Shown in pieces: positions 1 to 13,420 of a stretch of DNA of 64,000 nt (the stretch's first letter is position 1; each line of letters starts with the position of its first letter). Made by a program: the position numbers and the translations under genes. The notes under the pieces are model-generated. The model was given only the letters and a program-made list of their open reading frames with translations, was not told the DNA's origin and made no database searches. This DNA comes from the human T2T-CHM13v2.0 reference genome, Homo sapiens, in assembly GCF_009914755.1 (NCBI RefSeq), contig NC_060941.1. One strand, given 5' to 3'.

Positions 1-571
1 AATGTTTGTTACACGTTGTTGCTCATTATGTATACTGTATGGCACTAAAATACAAAGATTACTAATTTCCAAAATACTGCCACACCCAGGGTATCAGAGA
101 AGAAATTTTGGACCTGTATTATCCCCACTCAACAGAGGAAGTCTGAGATGGGACTTTGCTGAGGTCCCAGGGGATGAGTGGCTGGGAATGCAAGCCCAGA
201 TCCCTGACTTGAGAAAACAGTCTTTCCTCCTGGAACTGATCTGCTGAGACTCTGATCCTCGGGTTTGGGTCTCAGGCCTCAAGCTGGCGCCATGTAGCTG
301 GGGACCAGGCCCTGACTCCCTATGGCAAGGCCAACATGCTGCTTAGCAGTTTCCATCCCAGCCGCCAGGCCAGAGCCCAGGCAACTGCAGGGTCCGCATT
401 GGGTTAGGGAAAGCCATGCAGCCCCTGCCGGCCATCAGCACACGACCCTGGGCCCAGCCTCTCGGTCATGCGGGGTTCGCTGAGGTCGCTTGGGGAAGCC
501 GGCTGTGAGGGTGCCTGGCCCTTGAGCTAGGGTGGTGAGGGGCAGGAGCGGTTAGTGACACACTCTTGTAC

Positions 572-1264
572 CTCCTGCTTCACACCAGGGACTGGTGACT
601 TGGACTGCTGCTCTCCAGTGAGGTCTGACTTCGGGCCGGTGGAGCCTGGGGTCACCAGCTCTTCCGGTGGGGCTGGGGAGCGCTGCTTCTTTGGGGCTTC
701 AGGCTTGGCTGGGGATCCTGCTTTCTCAGGGGAGTCTGCCCAGTCTGGGGAGCCTGGCTCCTGGCTGGAGGGCTTCTCCCCCTTCCCAGAAGACTGCTTG
801 CCGCGGGCCTTGTGCTCCTTGCCCCTGCCCCGAGACATCAGGCTCCGCAGGCCCAGGGAGAGCTCATCCTTGGCTGCCTCCTTCTTCACTGCAGGCTTAG
901 GCGGAGCAGGGGGAGGTGGGGGAGGGGGTGGCGGCTTGGGACTAGAAGCTGCCTTTTCTCCCCTCTTGCTTCGAGTCGGGTGCTCGGGGGACTTGACTCC
1001 TCTGCCTGGGGTCTCCTTGGCATTCCCAAGCTCCTCGCTGGGCAGCACCTTACTCACCACCTTCCTCACTGCATTTGCCACCCGCTTCCGGGACAGGCCC
1101 TGGGCCTCTTCGCTTAGGCCTTCTGCTGTGGCAGCTCCCGGGCCGTTCATGGCGAGTGTGGGTGCAGGGCTCCTGGCTCTCTGGGAAGTCTCTGGGGGTA
1201 TCGGGCTGGTGGGAGGCTGAGGACTCCTAGATGGGCCACTGCCTTCCTTTGAGCTGCCCTCTAG
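572..1264 (-). CDS. MYO18A: MYO18A alternative N-terminal exon (gamma-type), 693 nt / 231 codons, Pro/Ser/Lys/Glu-rich with a polyproline tract
   Basis: Acceptor tgtatgactgtag|CTA at 1264 and donor GAG|gtacaa at 572; phase 0 at both ends. Open frame LEGSSKEGSGPSRSP...MNGPG...KPPPPPPPPPAPPKP...GVKQE includes most of ORF 527..1150. Fits the polyproline-containing N-terminal extension described for sarcomeric Myo18A-gamma. Confidence 0.85.
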
Positions 1265-2732
1265 CTACAGTCATACAAATACAGGTAGACATTAGCATCA
1301 CCCCTGCAGCCCTGCCCATCCCATGCAGAGGGAATAAGAAGGTGTGACCTCACGCCCTGGAACAGATCTCCCATTCATCTACCAAGCAACACATGGCTCC
1401 ACGAGGCTACCCAGGAAGCCCACTTTCCATCTTACAGATAGGACAATTGCAGCTAAGAGTCTGGCTTCTTTCCCACAAAGCACAATCAGCACAATCAGGT
1501 ACTACTGTCACCTGCTGTCTATCCCCAGACTTAGCATGGACCTGTGAGATGCCGGCACAGAGCGCCGAGAGGCCTATGAGGTGCTCTGGGGTTACTGGCT
1601 TTGTGTCAGGGCAGCAACCAAGTCCCATTCTAGGTGAGCCCACTGCCTCGCAGCCCAGACACAGCAGAGATGGAGCATGGACACAGCAGAGATGGAGCAT
1701 GGAGAGGTCAAACAGCCGAGTCCCACCTCCATTCCTACCACCAATCCCAGGCCTAACTCCAGGGCGTCCTGACCTTTGTAGTCCTTGGTCCTTCCATCAC
1801 CTGTTTTCCGGGCAGTCAGACCAAGAGCCTACCCATCCTGAAGGAAAAAATGATCAGGGAGCTCTTCCTGGCCCCAAGACATGCCAGGCCTCCTCCTCAC
1901 AGCGTCCCTCGTCTGCGGCCACTGTCTGCCCTTCATCTATGTTCTCAAGCACTGACGAGCCCAGCACGGGCCAGGAAGCTTCCACTTCAGCCTGCTTTCT
2001 GCCAGTCTCCTTGCAGTTTTCCTCCTGCAAACCTCTCAAGGGTTTGGAGACCCCCTAGTTCCCAGAGTGTGTATAGCCCTCAAGCAGCCTCAGCTCCAAT
2101 CTTCCCTGGAGTGGACTGGTATACTCTAGCTGGTGTGCCCACCCTTCCCCCACACACTGGTGCTAACTGTCTGGGTCCCAAGGGACTGCCACTGGAAGGC
2201 CAGGCTGGCTAACGGCAGGATAGAGTTTCCCATAAAGCCAGCTCCATTGCCTGGGGAGCGTAAGGGCAACCTGGGTTCTCCTTGTTGGCCAGGCAGAGCT
2301 CTGTCACCAGCTGAGCTGTGCTTGAGTCCTTGTTACCCAAAACAATGATCTTGGTTCTAGAACACATATGGGCACTGGGCTCCGTGAAGGCCCACCTGCC
2401 CATGCTTGCTTGGATGCAGGAAGACGCTCACAGTAGGCGCACCTGGGAGCTGCTGCCTCTGGATGCCACAAGGAGAAGTTGCTCCACCTTTTGAGCAGAG
2501 CTGAGCCAAGGGCCTTAATCTAGGCCCTGGTTACAGGTTGGCTCCGCTGAAGGGATAGAGAGAGTAAGGGCTTGAAGGTGCCTCTTCCTCAACCTCTTAG
2601 GCCAAGAGTGCTCAATGGCATGCCAGGGCACTGCAGAGTTGGCCAGTGGCCCTAGCCACTGGATCCTACACTCCTCCCCTCCCTCTTCTGGCTTTCCTCC
2701 CATCCCCCGTCCATCATTAAGATGATGACGAT

Positions 2733-3098
<366 letters not shown>

Positions 3099-3193
3099 TC
3101 ACTATGGGCCATGGCACTCTTCCAAGCACTTTACATGTAGTTTTTGCAAAAAAAATAAAATAAAATAAATTCTGGGCAACTCTGAGGCCTCTC

Positions 3194-3196
<3 letters not shown>

Positions 3197-3228
<32 letters not shown>
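3197..3228 (+). repeat. (CA)n microsatellite
   Basis: Uninterrupted CA run. Confidence 0.95.
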
Positions 3229-3229
<1 letters not shown>

Positions 3230-4082
3230 CCCTTTCAAATCACAGGCTGGCTTTCCAGGATTGTTTGCAGATCAGGTGGAAGCCACAGTGCCTGGCTAAT
3301 CAAACTGACCAAGGAAGTGCAGGGAGCCAGGACAGGCACCATCTGGGGTAATGAAGTAAGAATATGTGTTGTGATCCAGCTCTGCCCCAGAGCCCTGGGC
3401 ACTCCTGCCCCCTGTGCTACCAGCTGCCCTCTCCTAACTACACATCTTTGGACTTGGCTATTCAGAAACCTAAGGCTATTCTTGCCTTAGGAGAGTCCAG
3501 GTTTATTCAGGGTCTCTATCCCAATGCGCTGGGGCTGGAGGCAGTGAGTAGCTGGAGCCTGCCTCCAGGTCACCTGCACCAAGCAGCTGACAGGGTCTTG
3601 GAAGAGACAGCAGCGACTACAGTGAAGTCCCTCCATGCCTTTGCCTTGTGCCACCCAGAGCAGGCTGAAGAATCCCAACAGCTGAGCTCTCATTCGACGC
3701 TCCCTGACCTAAGAGTTTGCCCACCCAAGCCTCTCCAGGCCCAAAGGGTTCAGGAAACCAGAACCAAAGGGAGGCAACTTAAGGGGATTGGGGAGGAGGT
3801 TAGGGGAGGTCCCCAAAGCACCTTGGCCATCTCCTTCACACACCTGAAGCTGGCATCACATACACCGTACTTTCTTCCCCTTTACTAGAATTCTCTTCAG
3901 CTGAGCCACACAGGAAGGGGCCCCCTGCAATCCCCACCTACTCCATGGAGCTGTCTCACAGGCTAGTCCAGGGCTAGTGGGTGCAGGGGCAAACACACAC
4001 ACGCACACACACATGCACGCATGCACACACACATGCCCGCACACACACACGCATGCCTCGGAGAACTCAAGGATGCACTTAC

Positions 4083-4142
4083 AGCCCCTTCCTCCTTGCC
4101 AGGAGAGCCAGGCTTTGGCAGAGTTTTGTCCTCCTCTTTAAC
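4083..4142 (-). CDS. MYO18A: MYO18A 60-nt alternative exon VKEEDKTLPKPGSPGKEEGA
   Basis: Acceptor cttcttcatctgctccctcag|GTT and donor GCT|gtaagt; phase 0-0. VKEEDK resembles IREEDK, which follows WEQK in MYO18B. GCATG cluster immediately downstream. Confidence 0.85.
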
Positions 4143-6497
4143 CTGAGGGAGCAGATGAAGAAGTCACTGGCAGGTCAAGGCTGGGAGACCCAGCACTAAA
4201 AGCACAGGGAGAGAACATTCAAGGGGCCTCCCTCACCCTGAGGTGGAGCTCCTGAGTCTTTAGGAATACCGGGGCTAGGGGACCTGGGCAAGAGCTATCC
4301 TATCCTAGAATCAGAACTGTTCAGTGATGACTTCAAGAATGAAGAGTCTGTGGGGGAAAAAGCCAAGTACCCTTGCCCTCAGCAACCAGCCACTTTGCCC
4401 ACTTTGGGGGCTGTCTAAAGAGGTCCACCCACAGTGCCATCGTGGCTTTGGTTACGTGGCAGATGGGAAGATCCAGCTAATTTAACTCATCCAAACTACA
4501 AGAGTCATCCCTAGCTCAGGCAAGAAGTGGTTTGAACAAAAAGCCCCAGATCTAGTGACTGAGGAGGTAAAAGTAACCCAGTGTGGGTACCTGTGGGCCA
4601 GCAGCTTTTAGAGTAGAGTGAAGGTTGGCCCCTACTGGGCTGGCTCTGGCTTACTTCTTGATCCTGCACAACTCCCCCAGCTCAGCTGAGATCTTGCTGG
4701 AGGCAGGGAGTGGGGCAGAGGCGGAGATTCAGGAGGCCAGATATTTTCTCAACCTCAGACCCACAAAACTGCCAACCACGCAGCCGAGGGAGGGAACCCT
4801 GAAGTTAGGGGCGGGGTATGGAGGAAGGAAAGATGCCTAAGCTCTGGACACTGGGGCCAGGGGTTTGTGCTGGAGCCCAGGAGCTGGCTGGCCTGAGTCA
4901 GAGGGGAGGAGTGGAGTCGTGGAAACAGCAGATACCATCACACATCTGGAAAAAGGGCAGATGATGTGGAAGCTCTGAAGGTTCTTTCAGTTCAGAAACT
5001 GGCTCACAACAGATTCAGAGAGGCCAGGCCTCAAGTTTTAAAAAGTCTTCTCCTTTCCCCTCACCAGTATCTCTCCCTCCAAAAGCTCAGGCAGTCCTAT
5101 GGATTTAATTTCTCCTCTTTCCCGCGTCACCTAGGACTACAGGAAAAAGACAGCCCTGTTACCAACCCTACCTCCTCCTCAGCGTGCCTCTCCTTCCCAG
5201 CACAATGTGGGTAGGAGCATGGCAAGAAGTCCTTGATTCCTAAGGGAAAAAATCTTTAGAAACATCCAGAATCATTTACATGATCCACTTGGGGGGACTC
5301 TCCAATTTTAACCAGGGTCTGTGGCTAATTTTGAGCTCAAATTAGCAGTGCCAGGGGCACTGGCTGGCGTGATGGCTGCTGCAGTTTTAAAGCTGCATCT
5401 TGTCCACAGAGCTATCTGCAACGGGCTCAATCTTCATAGTTAGCTCACAATGCCAAGGACGAGGGGAAATGGCAAATATTCACCAGAGTGGAGCCTACTT
5501 CTTTAAGAATTGGAATCGGAGCAGAGAAAGGGAAGGGAGGGACTGGTGGACAGAGGGAGGAAGAGTGGCAGGGTCTAGGTCTGTGCCTGCTGCCCCCCAC
5601 CAAGCCATCACTCTCCCCCTTGCTGCCCCAGGGATCACACCATGCAGTAGTTCTGGGGCACACAGGTTAGTGGGAGGACAAGTGTTCGCAAACCACACAG
5701 ACACACTCATTACTGCACGCAGTGCTGTTAACTTGGGTGCCGGGGTGGCCCAGATTCCAAGTCCACTCTGTGTTCTTCACCAGCTCCAAATCTGTCCTCC
5801 CTCCAGTGGCTCAAGTTTGGGACCCCAAATGTCTGGCCCAAGGTGTGGCATTGGGGAAAACACTGGGTGCCCCCCAAGTGTCTGAAACACTGGGCCCAGC
5901 TCTGAGCTCAGCTCTGGATTTAGCATCAGGCTGACTCACTGCTCCCTCCCCCATCAGAAGGGCTCTGGCTGTTGTAGGTCACTGCCCAGCTGGGGACTAT
6001 GCACACGCATAAAGGCACACACACAGGCAGTCCCAAGTCTGTGGCCTGAATCACCCTCTGGACCCAGGTGGCCAACTGGCCTGACTCCCCACCCTTGGCC
6101 CCTTGTCCTCCTAACCCACTGCAGCCCCCAGGATCAGGGAGACCCAGTTCCAGCGGTCCCTCCACAGCAGCCCACGTTCCAGGGGTGAGTCAAGGCAGCA
6201 GGGTGGTGGGAAGGGTGTGGAGGGGTTAACCCAGAGGGACACCAGCAGGACAAAAGGCAGCTCACCTTACCAGAGGTGGGGCTTAGGGGAGAAGCATGAC
6301 TCAGTGCAGGAGCCCATCCAGCCAGAATAGGGAGTTCACCAGCCCCCGTCATTCTCCCTGCCACCCCCAATTATACACACATGCCCCAATCCATCTCTAG
6401 CTTCCAAAGCTCCCTCTCCCACAAGCCAGTCTCCTGCCTGCAGATACAACATGCCAAGCACACAGGAAAAACATAAAGATTTTAAAATCCAACTTTC

Positions 6498-6536
6498 CTT
6501 TTGCTCCCAGAAGGCGAACCTTGATGAAAAGGCCAT
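6498..6536 (-). CDS. MYO18A: MYO18B-like start exon MAFSSRFAFWEQK (gamma-type N-terminus); donor is non-canonical GA
   Basis: Strong Kozak gccATGG at 6536. Peptide resembles the MYO18B N-terminus MAISSRLALWEQK (10/13 identical). Upstream pyrimidine tract with CAG acceptors giving exon starts at 6558 and 6551. After codon 13 the sequence reads AAG|gaaagt. Confidence 0.65.
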
Positions 6537-6792
6537 GGCGCTGAAGGTAACCTGTGCCCTGGGTCAGAGAAGAAATGGGGGGCAGGGTCTCTCAGTGTCT
6601 CTGAGTCTTCCCAAAGGCCAGAACCTGCCAGGATAAACACTGTGGGCAACAAGGGGAAAGGAGGGATGGAGTGGAGGAGGAAGGATTACAAAACTCAAGA
6701 GGGCATTGGAGTAAGGAATAAAATATTAAAGGAAAATGAAGGAAAGTAGGCACAGAACATAGCACTCCCTACCCTTGGAAGCTGTGTGCATT

Positions 6793-8102
<1,310 letters not shown>

Positions 8103-8510
8103 AGAACTGGTTCATTCTTAAAACTGCTTATCATGAATGAATAGTTAAAAATTAGGAAATGTTTTGTTTTCAATTAATTATTTCTATTTTGCTTTGTTGA
8201 CTTCTGTTTTATTATTCAGTTAATGTGCTAGAGACTTTAAGTTTGTCTGTTGGTGTAATTTTAACTCGTTTGATCTTTGATCTCTTGTTCAAGTTTTCCT
8301 ACTTGTCTATAGAGGTCCCATCTGGCCCAGGCTGTGAGGACACCGGGCCATTTCCACCCAGGCCTGTTCCTCTGCATCAGCTGTTCCTATGAGCTTCACT
8401 CTGAACACAGATGTGGGGCTCTCCCCAGAGGAAATTCTCTCTGTGGCTTTTATGCAGAATTGCCTAGACAGTTTTCCTCTCTCCCTTATCACTGAATTTG
8501 TTTAGGATCA

Positions 8511-8967
<457 letters not shown>

Positions 8968-11900
8968 TATGTAATGTATCCCATAAGTACATAAACCTAC
9001 CATGTACCCACAAAAATTAAAAAAAAAAAAGATCAAGTTACTGTTATCCAAGACAGAATGGGTAAGGAACTCAGGCCCCAAAGGTGGTGGCAGCATATGT
9101 GTTGGGAACATATGGCTCTCTGGAGCAAGGGTGTTTAGATCTAAGGCCTCTCTTCCTTGACTTGTTCTCTCTCTAGAGATTTCAGCCATTTCCAGCAACA
9201 TTACTGAATATGGAGCACCTACAATGAGATGGGCCCTATACAAGATATTGAACATTTATTTTCTAATGTAAATCTTACAACAATCTGAGGATTGGTGATA
9301 TGGGAATTATTATTATTCCCATTTTATCGAGGAGGGAAAAGATTCAGAAAGAGATTAAGTCACAAAGTTAGTTAAGTGGGGGAACCCAGACTTGAACCCA
9401 CACTGGTCTGCCTCCAAAGCCTGTGCTGCTTCCTCAGTGCCCACCTTTTCTGGTATGTTAGGCAGGCATCAGCTTTGGTAGCCAAATCTGGTTGATAAAC
9501 TTCATCGGCGTGAAGGTTCAGAAGATCTGGTCAAGCCAAAGCATGGATTGATAGTGTGTTTTACTAGTGTGCAACTCTCCAAATCGAGTTTTTGGATGTG
9601 CAAAAAGGGAGACCCCACCATGATTCTGCCACTCTGCAGGTCTACCCACCTCCTCCCTCTGTGGCACTTCTGAGGGACAGCAAGAGAGACCAACACTCAC
9701 TGAACACTTACTATGAGCCAGGCACAGGGGAAGGCACTTCATACAGGTCTCCTCATTGAATCCTCATAACAACACACTTTCTAGATAAGGAAATAAAGAA
9801 GGTGAATTGCCGAGAGCGCTGCAACTATTAAGTGGCAGAGCTGGGAGCCACAACCAGAATGTATCTTGGGGAGCTGTTTGTGCGTCTTTGTCATCCCTGG
9901 ACTGTGATTCACCTCTGAGCAGAACTTACCCATCTTACTCATCATACTGTAGGCGCTTAATAAATGTTAGCTGCACGAGAGTGCTGGGACAGGGGTTCTT
10001 TGCACAAACCTCTTATTCCCATCTAATCTCTTCCCCAAATATAAACTACAGAGAACAACACTTGCCCATTCTGATTCCCAGGGACATGGTACAAACAAGG
10101 GAGGTATAATCTCTAAGCCTGCTCACAATAAATACATAGTGAACTCAATGCCTGGGTTTGCAGGGAGGGCAAGGACACTGAAATTGCTTAGTAGCTCTTC
10201 GTGAACAATAGCCACAAAATGCATCATCCTCTGGCCTAGCCATTCCATCTTCAGGAATGTATGTCCAGTGAGCTGACTTAAAGAAAGAAAAAGAAAAAAA
10301 ACGCAAAGATTTTTATAGATGCACTCTATATAACAGCTCCAAATTGGAAAGAGCCCAAATGCCTAGAATTAAGAAATGGTTAGGTACAACCCGTTGTTGT
10401 ATTGCCATTTAAACTGACAAATGTGTGGACAATGTAACCATATGGAAAGCTCCATATAAAATGACATCAATCAAAAAAACTGGAACCCAAATAGTATACA
10501 AACAGTGATCATAATAATCTTGTAAACTGTGTGAATTAGACACAACATGAACACCTGGTATTTATTTTGGTATGTATTTGTTACTTACTGCTTATTTTTA
10601 TTGTGAAGATGGCTAAATAGTCAAAAAAAAAGCAAAGGAGATAATAGCTAGAAGCATTTGTTCTCAAAGAGGAGAAATCCAAGAAATGTACTGAGGGACT
10701 GTCAAGCCTCAGCCCCAGGAGGCTTCTGACACTCTGGGAGCAGCTGGGGTTTACCCTCCACCATGCCAGCAGAGCCTACCCGCCCTTAACCTGCACTCTC
10801 TGGGCCCCTCACAGGAGGGAATGGGGGCACAAATGCTCCTGGGAGAATAATGCCACGCCTCAGGCAGCCCCTCAGGCCTGGAATGCCTGGCCTGGACAAA
10901 TGCTTTGAGGCCCAAGCATCCACACCAGACATCTGCACACTGCAAGCCCCCGAGAGCAGCAGGTAACTCTCAAGAGAGTGCCCAAAGGAAGCTGAGACGT
11001 AGCTGGTGGCCGAGGTCACTTTCCCGCCTCGCCGCTTCTGACAGCACTCACACACCGGAGGCTTCTCCTTCTGAGGACCAAGAGGCAGGGCATTCTCCTC
11101 TCCTCCCTCTTTCCCATTCAGAGGCACAGAGGGCAGCTCCCAGGAGACTTCTTCCTCCCAGTCCCAACCTAGCACCAACTTATCTAGGGATTGAGGGCGA
11201 GGAAGGGTGGCAGGAACAAAGGAGAAGGGAAGAAATACTAGCATAATAGTAAAAAACGGTTAATCATTATTGAGCATTTGGTATGTGTCAGGTGCTGTGC
11301 TGAATCCCTCACATGAATCATCTCATTTGATCCTCACAACATCCCTCTGAAATAGATACTAGTGTGACTGTGTGACTGCTACTTTACAAATGAGCAAAAG
11401 GAGGCTCAGAAGGTCAGGTGACTCGCCCAAAGCCTCACAGCAGCAAGTGGCAGATCTGGGACTCACACTCAGGTCTCCTGCGAGAGCCCTCCACTGCTCA
11501 CTTTAAGGGATGGAGGCACGCCCTGCCCTCCATTTCCCCTGGTTCACCTGCACTGTTGTCCTTCTACATCAGCTGCCAGAAGAGCAGCTTGGGAGGAAAG
11601 CAGGGGTTCCCAATGATGACCCGCCCCTCCACCCACCAACCTGAATATGCTTTACGTGGAACTGCTTGAGAGGAAGGGAAGCTCTCTAAGGAATGAACTG
11701 AAGGCCATGCTGCCAGACAGCGGGGGAGGGGGAGATGAGCTTGGCAGGGACAACCTGGCCCTTGCAGTCCAGCCTCCAGCCAGAGCCCTCCCCAGCCCCA
11801 GGGCGGAACAGAAAGCAGCCGGGCACCCGCCTCACTGCAGGCCAGCCCAGAGGAAGCAGGTGCACTGGAATGGCTTCCTGCCGCAACTGCAGTTGCAGAA

Positions 11901-12303
11901 GGGTCTTGGTTTCCTCCTCCAACGACTGAACCTGCTGGAGGCCCCCCTTCCCTGGGGATGCTCACTGCCCCTCTGGAGGGCACTTTGCTGTCTGCTTGGA
12001 TATCACTGTGCATGGCCCTAAATCTGTGACCTGGTGCTAGTGGCCCGGGGGTGGCTGGGGGAGAGTACCCTAGACCAGGAAGCGCCCATCTCTCAGGGTG
12101 AGGAGCTCTCTCTGACCTCTCCCCCACCCCCGGGCATACTGCCCACACAACTCAGCCCTGGTGCCAGTTTGGGGGCTGAGGCAGGGCAGTCCTGAGCACA
12201 GAGAGATACAAGTACTCACGGGTACATCTCAGGCTCCTGATGCACCTCCGCACCAGGCCAGCCCACGTACTCTGCCAACTGCTGACACAACTGAAAACCT
12301 TAC

Positions 12304-12312
12304 CCTTGGTGG
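12304..12312 (-). CDS. MYO18A: Candidate 9-nt microexon (Pro-Pro-Arg)
   Basis: ccttcccgttcccctgactctacccctcccag|CCACCAAGG|gtaagg: branch-like ccctgac, long pyrimidine tract, strong donor, frame-preserving. Confidence 0.55.
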
Positions 12313-13035
12313 CTGGGAGGGGTAGAGTCAGGGGAACGGGAAGGACTGGGAGCAGCTATGTCTCTCCTCACTTTCTTTTTTAAGGAACTTACTTATCTGG
12401 AGTAATCTCTACTAAAAAAGAGACTTAGGGCCAGTCAGAGCATCCCCAACACGCCATCTGTGCCCCTTGCAAGTGTCCTATGCACAGAAATGGAGGTGGC
12501 CATGCTAAGACTACTCTTGGGGACAGCGAGAAGGGTGCTCCCTGACAACTCCAAGGACCATCCCCTCTCAAGGAGGAAGAGAGGAAAGAGCTATACCAGC
12601 AACAAAGCAGAGACAAGACTACCGAGGACCTTGGGTGCTGTGGGGCTGGGGCTTTGGAAGAAAACAGTGTTCTAAGGAATGAAGGCCAAAAAAGCACTAA
12701 TGGTTGGTGGGGAAGGCGTGTCACAGCCTTGGGGGTGGATGCAACCCCAGGAAACTGAGGTTCAGAAGACGGTGCCCCTCCAAAACTCCTGAAGTCATGA
12801 GTCAGGCCCAGGATGCCCTGCTCCTAGCCACGGAGGGGTTTTGAGGCTTCCGGGGCTGAGTAACTCCCTTCTTACCAAGAAGCTCGGAGAGGAGCCCCAA
12901 GGCTGCCCCACCCCTCTCCCCACCTACTTCAGCCACATCTGGGGAAATCACAAAAAGGTCCCTCCTTTCCTAAATGAGGAAATAGCATGAGGAGCCTGGG
13001 ACATTTCCGGGGTGGGGGGTCAGAGGGACACTCAC

Positions 13036-13041
13036 CCGCAT
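13036..13041 (-). CDS. MYO18A: MYO18A beta-isoform first coding codons (Met-Arg) at the end of an internal first exon (~13090-13036)
   Basis: gccATG CGG|gtgagtg, a consensus phase-0 donor. The PDZ-less beta isoform is known to start with a 2-residue leader before AKTEEQ. Confidence 0.8.
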
Positions 13042-13089
13042 GGCCTGGCCTGGAGCAGCCCAGAGCAAGGAGACTCCGCTCTGATGCTG

Positions 13090-13420
13090 CTCTGGCTCCG
13101 TTAGCAGCTCAAAATAGCACAGGCTGTGGCCCCGCCCAGTTCCCGCCCTCTCCCCGGCCCCTCCCGTCCCGAGCTGCCCAGCCCTAGTTGGAGCCAGCAG
13201 CCCGGAGGACTTCGGGTATCAGGTATGCCAGGAGGGAGAGGGTGATACAGCAGTGTGTGTGGAAGGGAAGGAGAAGGCTCTTAGGGTAAAGCCATTGGGG
13301 TGGGGGGCAGGCAGTGTTAGGGGGTTAGGGCAAGGACAGGGAGGGTGAGACTTGCCTATGGACACACACCCCAGCTCCGGGACAGCTGGGCTGATATGGC
13401 TCCTAAAAATAGCAGAGGAA
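13090..13420 (-). promoter_or_regulatory. Internal MYO18A promoter with GC boxes, MEF2 site and E-box
   Basis: GC boxes at ~13130-13148; A/T element CTCAAAATAG at 13108-13117; perfect MEF2 site CTAAAAATAG at 13403-13412; E-box CAGCTG at 13383-13388; local CpG enrichment. Confidence 0.65.

Noticed and set aside
555-1220. 221-aa plus-strand ORF with poly-Gly
   Set aside because: Antisense shadow of the polyproline exon.
4655-4663. Second possible 9-nt microexon cag|GATCAAGAA|gtaagc
   Set aside because: Good donor but the acceptor region is purine-rich with no pyrimidine tract; not supportable from sequence alone.
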